Positions 21,636 to 32,662 of a stretch of 64,000 nucleotides of DNA are shown here, in pieces. The translations under genes and the position numbers were made by a program. Each line of letters begins with the position of its first letter. The first letter of the stretch is position 1. The stretch spans positions 3,409-67,408 of the forward strand of contig CAZULC010000012.1 in assembly GCA_964621165.1 (NCBI GenBank), written 5' to 3'. The notes beneath the pieces are model-generated. The model worked only from the letters and a program-made list of their open reading frames with translations. It had not been told where the DNA came from and searched no databases. This stretch comes from an uncultured Ruminococcus sp. (GTDB lineage: Bacteria; Bacillota; Clostridia; Oscillospirales; CAG-272).

Positions 21636-23075
21636 ATGAAACTGCCTTTAACAGTCTCGAACAACGGATTGAGTCCGAACATACTGATGCTTGCCTGCGT
21701 CATAGTTCTGCTCATCCTGACGACCATCATCGTAATTCTGTCCAGATACAGAAAATGCCCCTCCGACAAAATCCTCGTCATCTACGGTAAAGTAGGTCAG
21801 ACGACGGACGGTCAGCAGAGAAGTGCAAAGTGTATCCACGGTGGCGCGTCATTCATCTGGCCCGTGGTTCAGTCCTACGAATACCTTGATCTGACCCCCA
21901 TGTCGATTCAGGTAGACCTGCGCAACGCCCTCTCAAAGCAGAACATCCGTGTAGACGTCCCCTCGCGATTCACCGTCGGTATCTCAACCGAAAACGGTGT
22001 CATGCAGAACGCGGCTGAGAGGCTGCTGGGCATGAAAATCGACGAAATCAAGCAGATTGCCGAGGATATTATCTTCGGTCAGATGAGACTTATCATCGCC
22101 ACAATGGACATCGAGGAAATCAACTCCGACCGCGACAAATTCCTTGAAGCCGTGTCCTCAAACGTTGAGACAGAGCTGAAGAAAATCGGTCTGCGCCTTA
22201 TCAACGTCAACGTAACCGACATCACGGATGAGAGCGGATATATTGTGGCTCTCGGTCAGGAAGCTGCCGCAAAGGCTATCAACGACGCGAAAATCTCCGT
22301 TGCCGAGGCTGAAAGAGCCGGTGCCATCGGTGCGGCAGAGGCAGACCGCGACAAGCGTATATCAGTCTCAAAATCCGACTCCGAGGCTATTTCCGGTGAA
22401 AACGAAGCCAAGGCAAAGGTGGCAGACTCCGACGCTACAAGACGTGAGAGAGAAGCCGATGCCCTCAAGAGAGCCACAGCCGCTGAGAACATCGCAAAGG
22501 CTAAGGCACAGGAGGAATCCTTCGACGCACAGAAGAAAGCCGAGGAAGCAAGAGCACACTTCGAGCAGGCTAAGCTGGAAGCCGACGTCATCGTCAAGAC
22601 AAACATCGAAAAGCAGAAGCTTGAACTCCAGGCAGAAGCGGAAGCCGAGCAGACCAGACGCCGTGCAAAAGGTGAAGCTGACGCAACCCTCATGAAGATG
22701 CAGGCTGAGGCTGACGGTATGAAGCAGATTCTCATGAAGCAGGCGGAAGGCTTCGCTGAAATTGTCAAGTCCGCAGGAGGCGAAGCCAACGACGCAATCA
22801 GGCTTATGATTGCCGACAAGCTGGAAGAAATCACCAGAATCCAGGTTGACGCCATCAAGAACCTGAAGATTGACAAGGTTACGGTATGGGACAGCGGCGC
22901 CAAAGCTGACGGCAAGGGCACAACGGCTGACTTTATCTCCGGGCTGTACAAGAGCATTCCTCCGATGAGCGAAATGTTCGACATGGCAGGCATGCAGCTC
23001 CCGAAATACCTCGGCGAAAAGAAGGAAAACGCCCCCGAAGCGGAATCAGTCGAACCTGAGGCTGACAACAAGTAA
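21636..23075 (+). CDS. Flotillin/SPFH-domain protein (FloT-like)
   Basis: N-terminal TM, RYRKCPSDKILVIYG, SPFH domain, EA-rich coiled coil, IDKVTVWD. Confidence 0.92.
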   Translation: MKLPLTVSNNGLSPNILMLACVIVLLILTTIIVILSRYRKCPSDKILVIYGKVGQTTDGQQRSAKCIHGGASFIWPVVQSYEYLDLTPMSIQVDLRNALSKQNIRVDVPSRFTVGISTENGVMQNAAERLLGMKIDEIKQIAEDIIFGQMRLIIATMDIEEINSDRDKFLEAVSSNVETELKKIGLRLINVNVTDITDESGYIVALGQEAAAKAINDAKISVAEAERAGAIGAAEADRDKRISVSKSDSEAISGENEAKAKVADSDATRREREADALKRATAAENIAKAKAQEESFDAQKKAEEARAHFEQAKLEADVIVKTNIEKQKLELQAEAEAEQTRRRAKGEADATLMKMQAEADGMKQILMKQAEGFAEIVKSAGGEANDAIRLMIADKLEEITRIQVDAIKNLKIDKVTVWDSGAKADGKGTTADFISGLYKSIPPMSEMFDMAGMQLPKYLGEKKENAPEAESVEPEADNK

Positions 23076-23113
23076 ACTATTGAATAAAAAATTAAAAAAG
23101 ATGGGAGGGAACT

Positions 23114-23647
23114 ATGAAACCAAAGAAATCCGAAATAATATGGGATTTAACAAAAGGGATTGCAATTTGTACTATAGTTGCTTTATTTGCTTATGGAGTT
23201 CTCAATCCATTTTTAGTTGCGATATTTTACCCTGACGACCCTCCGGGACAGCGGGACTTTACACCGCTTTATTACTGTATTCAATTAATATATACAGTTA
23301 CATTTTATTGTATATATATCAGAAAAAGCGGTGATGATGGGACTCCGAAATCCCTTGACAAGTTCGTCCCTCTGGAGGATTTGAAAGAATATATTATAGG
23401 CGACGGTAAAATATTAATAATATTTTATGCAGCAATGCTTGTTCTTTATACGATTGGAAACGAGTTTCTGCCTATCGGTAATCCGTTGACATTTATATTC
23501 TGTTTCCCATTTTCAATGTCAGAGAACATACAGATACCTTTTTTAGGAGAGATTGTTGCTTATATCGTTGAGATGGCTTTGATTTTGTTGCTCACTGTAT
23601 ATCAGCATTACAGAAATTTCAAGTATTGGAACAAAAAGAAGTTTTAA
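23114..23647 (+). CDS. Hypothetical 4-TM membrane protein (divergent paralog 3, AT-rich)
   Basis: Four hydrophobic segments; PLEDLKEYIIGDGK motif; visibly AT-richer than its neighbours. Confidence 0.7.
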   Translation: MKPKKSEIIWDLTKGIAICTIVALFAYGVLNPFLVAIFYPDDPPGQRDFTPLYYCIQLIYTVTFYCIYIRKSGDDGTPKSLDKFVPLEDLKEYIIGDGKILIIFYAAMLVLYTIGNEFLPIGNPLTFIFCFPFSMSENIQIPFLGEIVAYIVEMALILLLTVYQHYRNFKYWNKKKF

Positions 23648-23755
23648 TCATTAGATTTTAGGATTAACAGGTCAAATACACGCCGGACGAAAATTTAACC
23701 GTCATGTGAATATCGCCCCTTGTTTATGTCAAAACATTGCAGGGGGTGAATTTAC

Positions 23756-24196
23756 ATGAAAACAGCAGAAAACACGTGCGTATTTCTCTCGGGCGGAATA
23801 ATCTACAGCCTGATTGAAATCGCGTGGCGGGGCTACACACACTGGACCATGACCGCGGCGGGAGGAGTCTGCCTTCTTCTGATCCACTTCACCAGCGGAC
23901 GCATGAGAGGGAAGAAGCTTCTTCTGAAATGTATAGCGTCAGCCGGAATCATAACCTCGGTTGAATTTGCCGCCGGAGTTGTGGTGAACATGATTTTTAA
24001 GCTCCATGTGTGGGACTACTCCGCCCGACCGGGTAACATTCTCGGTCAGATATGCCCACTGTTTACATTTCTGTGGTTTTTACTTTCGGTCCCGGCAGTG
24101 TATTTTTCCGCTTTATTGGATAAATTTTTCCTATTCCTGAAAAAGAGGGAAGAGCAGGACGGCAATGGCAGGAAAGTACTACAGAAAGAACAGTAA
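23756..24196 (+). CDS. Putative membrane protein (CmpB/TMEM229-like)
   Basis: EIAWRGYTHWTM, WDYS..GNILGQICPLF..W. Confidence 0.78.
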   Translation: MKTAENTCVFLSGGIIYSLIEIAWRGYTHWTMTAAGGVCLLLIHFTSGRMRGKKLLLKCIASAGIITSVEFAAGVVVNMIFKLHVWDYSARPGNILGQICPLFTFLWFLLSVPAVYFSALLDKFFLFLKKREEQDGNGRKVLQKEQ

Positions 24197-25070
24197 GAAA
24201 TATTCAATCAAAAGAAAAAAGGGCAGAAGCAGAACGCCGCTTATCGTTATTATTGCGTTGATTGCGGTATACGCGGTCTTTGCGGCATATTGTTTTCAGA
24301 AAACAGGTGCGCTTGTACCCACAGGTGAGCTGATTGACGGCAGGCCGACGTTTCGGTTCATCGACGTGGGTCAGGGTGACTGCGTGCTTGTTACATACAA
24401 AGGGGAGTCGGTTCTGGTTGACTCTGGACCTGCTTCGTCCGGAAAGACAACGGCGGAATACCTGATGCTGTACTCGCCGAACATAGACTATTTTTTCGTC
24501 ACACATCCCCATGAGGACCACATGGGAGGCGCGGCGGAGATAATTAGCAGCACGAACACGGAGCATTTTGTTCTGTCCACCCTCGAGAGCGGTGAGAATT
24601 TTTACACAGACGCGCTTGAAGCTGCCGAAAACCGAGGGACTGAGGTAATCCGGCTTGAAGACGGAGCGGTATTTGACACAGGGAACATCACGGTGACGGT
24701 GCTTGACGTATTTGATTTTTTCAGCGACGACTTCAACAATTCCAGCCTGATATTGAAGATAGAAGCCGATGGGAACACGCTACTTGTGACAGGCGACGCC
24801 GAGGTTGAGGAGGAAGAGTATCTGCTCGCGAACTTTTCCGGCGAGTTAAAAGCGGACATACTGAAAGCCGGCCATCACGGTTCCCACACATCCACCAGCG
24901 AGGAATTTCTTGAAGCGGTATCTCCCGAGTTTGCGGTAATATCTTGCGGCTTAAACAATTCCTACGGTCATCCTTCATCCGAAGTACTGAAAAGGCTTGA
25001 GAGTCACGGAATAAAAATCCGCCGCACAGACAAACAAGGAACGATAATATTAAGAGGATCGGGTCGGTAG
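24165..25070 (+). CDS. ComEC/Rec2-like metallo-beta-lactamase-fold nuclease/hydrolase
   Basis: IDVGQGD, THPHEDHMGG, TGDAE, GHHGS, YGHP; N-terminal TM anchor. Confidence 0.88.
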   Translation: MAGKYYRKNSKKYSIKRKKGRSRTPLIVIIALIAVYAVFAAYCFQKTGALVPTGELIDGRPTFRFIDVGQGDCVLVTYKGESVLVDSGPASSGKTTAEYLMLYSPNIDYFFVTHPHEDHMGGAAEIISSTNTEHFVLSTLESGENFYTDALEAAENRGTEVIRLEDGAVFDTGNITVTVLDVFDFFSDDFNNSSLILKIEADGNTLLVTGDAEVEEEEYLLANFSGELKADILKAGHHGSHTSTSEEFLEAVSPEFAVISCGLNNSYGHPSSEVLKRLESHGIKIRRTDKQGTIILRGSGR

Positions 25071-25177
25071 CACCGACAGGCAAACTCGGCACAACTTCAC
25101 CAAGTAGCAAAAAAACTCATGACGGCATTTCTTTTCCTCCCGCAGGACAAAAGCGTCGGATTATTCTAAAGGCGTTT
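25061..25177 (+). repeat. Copy of the ~84-bp repeat (25061-25143) plus a degenerate partial second unit (25144-25177)
   Basis: gg.agc.ccgacaggc..cggc..ctcatgac..tcccgc; the next unit keeps aagc, cg and ggcgttt at the same offsets as the 9848 unit. Confidence 0.7.
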
Positions 25178-25241
25178 CCCTGACTTCCTCAACCGCAACA
25201 AAAACCCGTTCGGGCAAACGGGTCTTGTCATGTGGATTTGC

Positions 25242-26036
25242 TTACTTTATTTTATATTTGAGTCTCAGGTTGTCCGCTATCATGGCGATGAACTCGGAGT
25301 TGGTGGGCTTGCCGCGGCTGTTCTGTATGGTGTAGCCGAAGTAGGAGTTCAGCGTGTCCACGTCCCCTCTGTCCCATGCGACCTCTATTGCGTGGCGTAT
25401 GGCTCTCTCAACCCGTGATGTGGTTGTCTGGTACTTCTTCGCGACTGATGGATACAGCACTTTCGTCACGGAATTTATGACCTCGTTGTCCGATATCGTC
25501 ATGAGAATGGCGGTGCGCAGGTACTGGTACCCCTTTATGTGAGCCGGAACTCCGATCTGGTGTATGATTCTCGTCACCTGAGTCTCTATGTCCACGGGCA
25601 GAGCCGGATTTTCGCCTTCATTTTTGTCGGAAGAGTTGCCGGCGGATGAACTGCGGCGGTTTTTCAGTATGGTTTCAATCCTGTCGCAGAGCATCTCGTA
25701 GTCCACCGGTTTGGGCATACACAGAGCCGCGCCCGCACGATTGGCCTCCATCAGCACCGACGGGGAAGACACTTGAGTCAGAATCACAAATGACGGCGTG
25801 TTTTTGACTCCGCCCATGTCGCCGGTTTTCTTCATAATAGCGAGAGCGTCAACCGAGGGGAGCCACATGTCGCTTATAACAACGTCGTAGGACTGGCGGG
25901 AGAGCATTTTTAGAGCGTCATCCCCGTTCTTCACCTCGTCGGCGTTTTCGCATCCCCGTCTTTTAAGGGATTCCCGAATCCTGCATCTCACCTCGTTGTT
26001 TTCGTCCGCAATGAGTATTTTTGTATTCTTTTCCAT
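25242..26036 (-). CDS. spo0A: Sporulation master regulator Spo0A
   Basis: Receiver domain plus C-terminal [41 protein letters not shown]. Confidence 0.96.
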   Translation of the reverse strand: MEKNTKILIADENNEVRCRIRESLKRRGCENADEVKNGDDALKMLSRQSYDVVISDMWLPSVDALAIMKKTGDMGGVKNTPSFVILTQVSSPSVLMEANRAGAALCMPKPVDYEMLCDRIETILKNRRSSSAGNSSDKNEGENPALPVDIETQVTRIIHQIGVPAHIKGYQYLRTAILMTISDNEVINSVTKVLYPSVAKKYQTTTSRVERAIRHAIEVAWDRGDVDTLNSYFGYTIQNSRGKPTNSEFIAMIADNLRLKYKIK

Positions 26037-26242
26037 TATTTACAACCATACCTTTCAATGATTTATATTTTCGCCGCAGCTTTGCTGTATCCATATTTTA
26101 CCATATTTGCCATCTGTTTTCAAGATGGGTCAAAACGAAAATACTACCAAAATTTACCAGTTAGAATTGGTAAAAATTAACAGCATTACCTGAAAAAAGA
26201 ATATTGGATAAAAAGAATATTATATTGTAATAAGGAGAAAAT

Positions 26243-27754
26243 ATGCCGTATCCGTCACTATTATACGACCTGAGCCTGTCGGAAACCACGGAAATTACGC
26301 CGAATATCGGGGAAAACGTTCTTCGGGATCTGACGCTGGAAGACGATTTTGTGGAAAAATACAGGCTTTACCTCAGACACGTGCTGAAAAAGGAAGAAAT
26401 CCAAAAAAGGCAGGCGGTTCTGTCCGCGGTTATCGAAAAAAAGGAATCCCGTGAATTTTTTGCCGGACTCAAGGAGGAAATCGAGAATTTCGCCGTGATT
26501 TTGGGAGACGTAAGCCGTTCCGAGTGCGAGGAAGGGCGTGTTCTATGCTTTGCCGCGGCAGCCGGAGACTATTTCAAAATCATAAAAACCGCCGCCGGAG
26601 TCGACAGGCTGATACCGGACTGCGCCTTTCTGTCGGAGTATTTCCGGAGTCTCTCGTCCGAACCTGAATTTGCAGAGGCTATGGGTGAGTCTGACAGGCT
26701 GAAAAACAGCTTCTCCGGCAGAATGATGGTTGAATACGGACCGGCTTCGGTGGGTGCGAAAATCCCCGCCGGACTGAAAAGGGAAGAACTGGACCAACTG
26801 ACGTCCTCGATGGGACTTGACGACGCCATACCGCCGGCATCTCACAAAGCAAAAATTTCAACCAGCCTCGTCAAAACTTTTGCGTCACTGCACGGCGGGT
26901 ACTATACCGAGGCGATACGTTTCTATGAGCGATACAGTTCAAGCTTCCTCTCGGGAAAATACGATTTCAACGAGTTCCGGCTGTACATAGACGAGCTGGG
27001 GTTCATTCTCAAAGCCGCGGACTATTTTATCAGGCTTAAGGAAGCCGGATATCCCGTGACTTTTCCGGAGATCTCGACCGAAAGACGGCTTGACGTGCGC
27101 TCCCTGTACGACTGCTCACTGTACAAGCGCAGGCTGAACGCGGACTCAGTTGTACCCAACGATTTATACATGCAGTCCGGCGGGGAGAACTTTTTCATCC
27201 TGACTGGCGCAAACGGCGGAGGAAAGACAACGTTTCTGCGTTCCTGTGCGGCGGCGGTGCTGTTTTTCATGAATGGATTCCCCATAACCGCCGAAAAAGC
27301 CGAGATGTGCCTCTTTGACTCGATTTACACCCACTTTCCCTCAACCGAGAGCTTCGAAAACAGCGGAAGATTCGTGGACGAAGCCGCACGGGCTGACGAA
27401 ATTGTCTCATCCGCCGGGGAGAGTTCCTTTGCCGTGTTCAATGAGACATACTCCGGTACAAATGAAGAAAAGAGTGAGCAGTACTCCCGCAGGCTTGCCG
27501 ATACCATGTACGAGAGGGGAGTTTTCGGCATATTCGTCACCCACATCCACTCCCTCACCGGCGGCAGAATTCCCACCCTTGCGGCAGTAATCGACGAGAC
27601 CGACGGCAACAGACGAACCTACAAAATCCGGCGGGTCGGCTCCACTGATTCCTCCTTTGCCCGGGATATACTGAAAAAATACGCGCTTGACAAAGATTCA
27701 CTCAAGGCAAAGCTCGATGAAATCAAAAAATCAGGTGAGGAGGGATTGAGATGA
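26243..27754 (+). CDS. MutS-related ATPase (domain V), first of a tandem pair
   Basis: VVPND, TGANGGGKTTFLR, SGRFVDE, FNETYSGT, FVTH; no mismatch-binding domain I. Confidence 0.85.
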   Translation: MPYPSLLYDLSLSETTEITPNIGENVLRDLTLEDDFVEKYRLYLRHVLKKEEIQKRQAVLSAVIEKKESREFFAGLKEEIENFAVILGDVSRSECEEGRVLCFAAAAGDYFKIIKTAAGVDRLIPDCAFLSEYFRSLSSEPEFAEAMGESDRLKNSFSGRMMVEYGPASVGAKIPAGLKREELDQLTSSMGLDDAIPPASHKAKISTSLVKTFASLHGGYYTEAIRFYERYSSSFLSGKYDFNEFRLYIDELGFILKAADYFIRLKEAGYPVTFPEISTERRLDVRSLYDCSLYKRRLNADSVVPNDLYMQSGGENFFILTGANGGGKTTFLRSCAAAVLFFMNGFPITAEKAEMCLFDSIYTHFPSTESFENSGRFVDEAARADEIVSSAGESSFAVFNETYSGTNEEKSEQYSRRLADTMYERGVFGIFVTHIHSLTGGRIPTLAAVIDETDGNRRTYKIRRVGSTDSSFARDILKKYALDKDSLKAKLDEIKKSGEEGLR

Positions 27755-29295
27755 GCACAAGATTCAGCCTTATATGGGACGAGGGACAGGAAGTCATCAC
27801 CGCTAAGGAGAAGCGACAGAGCAGAGCCATAGTCAAGGACATGCAGCTGGACCGCTCATTCCGCAATATCTGTCCCGACGCGCTCTACCGCGAAGTGTTC
27901 CTCAACGTACTGACAACGCTGTCAAAATCACCGGATGAAATCAGGCGGCGGCGTGCGGTGGTGGAAGAGTTCTACGAAAAACCCGCGCTCCTCGACAAGC
28001 TGACCGAACAGGTGCGGCGCATGGGAATCATCAAAAACAACTGGGACACGGAGAAGAACCGCACGTCCTCCCAGCGGCACATGAACTCCCACGACAAGCA
28101 CGTGATCCTCTCCGGAGTCAAGGACTCGCTGACGCTGACCGCTCATTATCTCCAATACGTTATAGTAAACGTCAGGGACATTCACGAAACGTTAAACATG
28201 ATGGGAGCCTCGGCTGAAAACTTCGTCCGGCTTAGGGAAGCATGCACGAAAATCAGCAAAGGCAAGGCTGCGGACTACATTCTTATGCTGTGCGGTCGGC
28301 TTGAACATGAGCTTCGCGCGTCAAACACCTACTCGGTGGAGTACAGTATAACCGAGGAGCTGCGTACGTCCGGCGCGTTTCTTGAGAACTTTTCCTCAAC
28401 TGCCGTATCCTACCAGCCGGAGAAGAAAAAACAGGGATTCCTTTCGGCTCTGATAGGGCTGAAATCCGGCGCCAATGATACAAAACCCGAGGAAAAACCG
28501 GCTTCAACCAGCGTGTCCGGCATATCAACCGACGAAAGCCTCGCCCAGTGTATTACGGCCACACGTGGACTTGAGAGATACCTCACCTCAATCGCACGGA
28601 CAATCTACGACCGTTTTTCTTCCCTTGAAGATGAACTTTACTTCTGTAAAGCGGCAGTGTGCTATCTCGACTTTCTGAAGGACCACCGGATAAGAAACGC
28701 TTTCCCTGAAATTCTTCCGGCCAGTGACAACACAGTGGAGCTTGAAGAACTGTCGGATCTGCTTCTTCTCACCGAGAGCTTGAGCGTCGACTCCGTTGTG
28801 CCGAACGACGTAAAACTTGGCGCGGACGGGATTCTCGTCACTGGAAAGAACAACAGCGGAAAGACCGTGTACCTGCGCTCCATCGGCTGTGCGGTGCTTC
28901 TCGGCCAGTGCGGACTCCCGATTCCGGCGGCAGGGGGACGAATAAGCGTAAGGAACCGCGTTTTCACTTCGTTTGCCAGTGCGGAGGGCGAGCTTATGCC
29001 AAACTCCACAGCCGGCCGGTTCGAGGAAGAGGTGGCGCAGGTGAGGCAGATTATCGACGAGATGGAAGAATACTCCCTTGTGTTCCTCAACGAGATCTTC
29101 CAGACCACATCCTACGACGAGGGTTCTGATGCCATGGAAGCCATACTCGCCTACCTGTCGGAAATCGGATGTACGTTCATTTTTGTCACCCATCTGACTA
29201 AGCTGATTGAAAGAAGCCTGTCGGACGGGAAAAACGCGGTGATGAAGACCTCGGATGACATCGCAAGCAGATATAAACTGTCAAAAATCGGATAA
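27751..29295 (+). CDS. MutS-related ATPase (domain V), second of a tandem pair
   Basis: VVPND, TGKNNSGKTVYLR, AGRFEEE, LNEIFQTT, FVTH; ATGA overlap with the upstream gene. Confidence 0.85.
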   Translation: MSTRFSLIWDEGQEVITAKEKRQSRAIVKDMQLDRSFRNICPDALYREVFLNVLTTLSKSPDEIRRRRAVVEEFYEKPALLDKLTEQVRRMGIIKNNWDTEKNRTSSQRHMNSHDKHVILSGVKDSLTLTAHYLQYVIVNVRDIHETLNMMGASAENFVRLREACTKISKGKAADYILMLCGRLEHELRASNTYSVEYSITEELRTSGAFLENFSSTAVSYQPEKKKQGFLSALIGLKSGANDTKPEEKPASTSVSGISTDESLAQCITATRGLERYLTSIARTIYDRFSSLEDELYFCKAAVCYLDFLKDHRIRNAFPEILPASDNTVELEELSDLLLLTESLSVDSVVPNDVKLGADGILVTGKNNSGKTVYLRSIGCAVLLGQCGLPIPAAGGRISVRNRVFTSFASAEGELMPNSTAGRFEEEVAQVRQIIDEMEEYSLVFLNEIFQTTSYDEGSDAMEAILAYLSEIGCTFIFVTHLTKLIERSLSDGKNAVMKTSDDIASRYKLSKIG

Positions 29296-29379
29296 AAAAA
29301 CGGCGAGGAGTCAAACTAAAGCCCGATTCCCGCCGTATTTGTTTTGTTATGTCTGCTGTCAGAGAATGTAAAGTCCGCC

Positions 29380-30717
29380 TTAATCCGCGCGCCTGCCGAG
29401 ACAGAAGCCGTCCTCGTACCCGTACAGCACCACCGGGACTATCTCGCCTATACCGGATGAACATCCCACCGCCTTGACTTCCACAAAATGCTCACTGTGT
29501 CCGGTGGAGTTCGCTCCGAAGCACTTTTCCGTCAACATGTATACGGGCTTTTCTCGGTGTGCGTCAATGTAGTCCCGCAGAAGAGACAACTTTATCTCCT
29601 CACCCACCGACTCGAGATAGAGAAGCCGCTCCTTCTTCACCTGCTCTGGAATCTGGTTTTCCATCAAAGCCGCTTCCGTTCCTTTGCGAATGGAGTAGGG
29701 GAATATGTGCAGGTGTAGAAATCCCACATTCCGGCAGAACTCCACTGTTTCGGCAAAGTTTTCCTCAGTTTCTCCCGGAAAGCCCGTGATGATGTCCGCC
29801 GAGAACGTCACTCCGGGTGTGGCAGACTTCATCCGCTCAACCGCCGCGAGAGCCATGTCAGCGTTGTATCTTCTCCTCATCTGGCGTAAAACCTCACTGG
29901 AGCCGCTCTGCATGGACAGATGAAAGTGGGGCATGATTTTCTCCCCGGCTGACGAAAGAGAGATGACAAAATATTCGCTCATCACCGTGGGTTCAAGTGA
30001 GCTGAGCCGGATGCGCTTCACTTCATCTATTTCCGCCAGACGGCAGACCAAATCCGCAAGGGCGTGACCGTAGGGCTTCCTGTCGGGAAAATCCAATCCG
30101 TAAGAGGCGGTCTCGATTCCTGTCAGGACTATTTCAGCCGAACCGGCGCGGGCAAGAGTGCGGGCTTCCGACATAACCTCATCCGGTGACTTTGAACGCA
30201 CGGGACCGCGGGCTTTGTTTATAATGCAGTAGGCGCAGAAGTTTTCGCATCCGTCCTCGATTTTGATGTACGAGCGGGTCCTGTTGGGGCAGTCCAGCTT
30301 CATCTCAACCGAGCCGCGGTCAACCGGGGGAACCACACCGTTTTTGCCGACTGATTCTCCATGTGCGATTTTCAGAATAATTTCGCCGAGCCTTTCCTTG
30401 TCCCCGTTTCCGCAGACAAAGTCCACTCCTTCTATGGACATGGCTTCATCCGGGGAGATTTGCGCGAAGCATCCGGTTGCAACCACGTGATCTGCGAGAG
30501 TGGCAGCGCGGCGTATCATCTGGCGGGACTTTCTGTCGCTTTCGGCCGTGACCGTGCAGGTGTTGACCACACAGATATCGCATTTTTTCCCGAAAGGGAC
30601 TATTCTGATTCCGTTATTTTTCAGGAATGATACCCAGACGTCGGATTCGTACTGGTTCACCCGGCAGCCGAGGGTCATGAAGGACGCCGTTATTTCATTA
30701 TTATTACTGTAAGCCAT
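29380..30717 (-). CDS. mtaB: tRNA t6A37 methylthiotransferase (radical SAM)
   Basis: TLGCRVNQYES, NTCTVTAESDRKSRQ, GCENFCAYC, PHFHLSMQSGS, HIFPYS. Confidence 0.92.
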   Translation of the reverse strand: MAYSNNNEITASFMTLGCRVNQYESDVWVSFLKNNGIRIVPFGKKCDICVVNTCTVTAESDRKSRQMIRRAATLADHVVATGCFAQISPDEAMSIEGVDFVCGNGDKERLGEIILKIAHGESVGKNGVVPPVDRGSVEMKLDCPNRTRSYIKIEDGCENFCAYCIINKARGPVRSKSPDEVMSEARTLARAGSAEIVLTGIETASYGLDFPDRKPYGHALADLVCRLAEIDEVKRIRLSSLEPTVMSEYFVISLSSAGEKIMPHFHLSMQSGSSEVLRQMRRRYNADMALAAVERMKSATPGVTFSADIITGFPGETEENFAETVEFCRNVGFLHLHIFPYSIRKGTEAALMENQIPEQVKKERLLYLESVGEEIKLSLLRDYIDAHREKPVYMLTEKCFGANSTGHSEHFVEVKAVGCSSGIGEIVPVVLYGYEDGFCLGRRAD

Positions 30718-30920
30718 AATTTACGCTTTCTCTGACTTTTTAAGATTATTTTCCTCCCATAATTTTACCACGAAAAGCGGAAGTTGTAAAGCGTTAATGA
30801 ATGAAAACGAAAAAATTATTGTAAAAATAAAAAATATCGCCATGGTTATTGAAAAAACGAAGATAAAGTTGTATAATAATGAGAGAATCAACTGACACAA
30901 TGATATAATGCTAAAAGTGA

Positions 30921-31571
<651 letters not shown>

Positions 31572-31687
31572 CCGCATGAAATATGTAGCATAACTTGATT
31601 TGCATTTAGCTGATTTCACGTTTCAATTCAAAAACAAAACAGAATTTAAGGGCGGGGAAAAGCTCCCTGCCTTTGTTAATAATAGAA

Positions 31688-32662
31688 ATGCGAACTTTTA
31701 CAATCAACAACAACGACTCGGGGCAGAGGCTGGACAAGTTCATCATGAAGTCCACCTGTGGGATGCCGAAATCCCTGCTCTACAAATATATCAGAACAAA
31801 ACGCATCAAGGTCAACCGCTCCCGCGCCCACGAGGGAGACTTTCTGAACCCGGGAGACGTGGTGGAGATGTACATCCCTGACGAATTTTTCAGCGGGAAC
31901 TCCGGCTCCGGCGAATACGAAAAGGTGAAGTACAAGCCCGACATAGTCTACGAGGACGAAAATATCCTGCTGTGCAATAAAAAACCGGGAATGCTGGTTC
32001 ATCTCGGCGACGAGGGGGACAAAAACCGTGCGGAGGGAGCTGAGCGTGAGACGCTGGTATATATTCTGACGGCGTACCTCGTGAACAAGGGTGAATACGA
32101 CCCCGAAAACGAGGCATCCTTTGCTCCGGCACTGTGCAACCGAATCGACAGAAACACCGGCGGAATCGTGATTCTTGCCAAAACCGCGCCGGCTCTTCGA
32201 AAAATCAACGAAGCCATACGTGAAAATCGGGTCCACAAGAAATACCTCTGCGCGGCTCACGGCAGACTGACAGGGAACAAAACCTTAGTGTCCTACCACC
32301 GCAAGGACTACAAAACCAACACGGTAAAAATCTACGACAGCGAAGTTCCCGGTTCGAAGAAAATCATAACCGAGTACACCGCGCTGAAGTACAACTCCGA
32401 GCTGGACCTGACCCTACTTGAAGTCAGCCTTATCACGGGACGAACCCACCAGATACGCGCACATCTCGCACACATCGGACATCCGCTCCTCGGAGAAGGA
32501 AAATACGCCCACAATGCCAAAGACAGGAAAATGGGATATTCGTCGCAGGCGCTTTATTCCTGCTCGGTTTCCTTTGATTTTGACGGGGAACTCTCCTACC
32601 TGAACGGGCAGGAATACAAGGTTGACGAGAGTAAAATAAACTTTGTTTCTCTTTTCAGGTGA
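31688..32662 (+). CDS. RluA/C/D-family pseudouridine synthase with S4 domain
   Basis: GQRLDKF, NRIDRNTGG, TGRTHQIRAH. Confidence 0.93.
   Translation: MRTFTINNNDSGQRLDKFIMKSTCGMPKSLLYKYIRTKRIKVNRSRAHEGDFLNPGDVVEMYIPDEFFSGNSGSGEYEKVKYKPDIVYEDENILLCNKKPGMLVHLGDEGDKNRAEGAERETLVYILTAYLVNKGEYDPENEASFAPALCNRIDRNTGGIVILAKTAPALRKINEAIRENRVHKKYLCAAHGRLTGNKTLVSYHRKDYKTNTVKIYDSEVPGSKKIITEYTALKYNSELDLTLLEVSLITGRTHQIRAHLAHIGHPLLGEGKYAHNAKDRKMGYSSQALYSCSVSFDFDGELSYLNGQEYKVDESKINFVSLFR

Noticed and set aside
22256-23071. 271-aa antisense ORF (likewise 34726-35454, 37132-37773 and 41733-42563)
   Set aside because: Shadow frames opposite well-supported genes, expected from codon bias.
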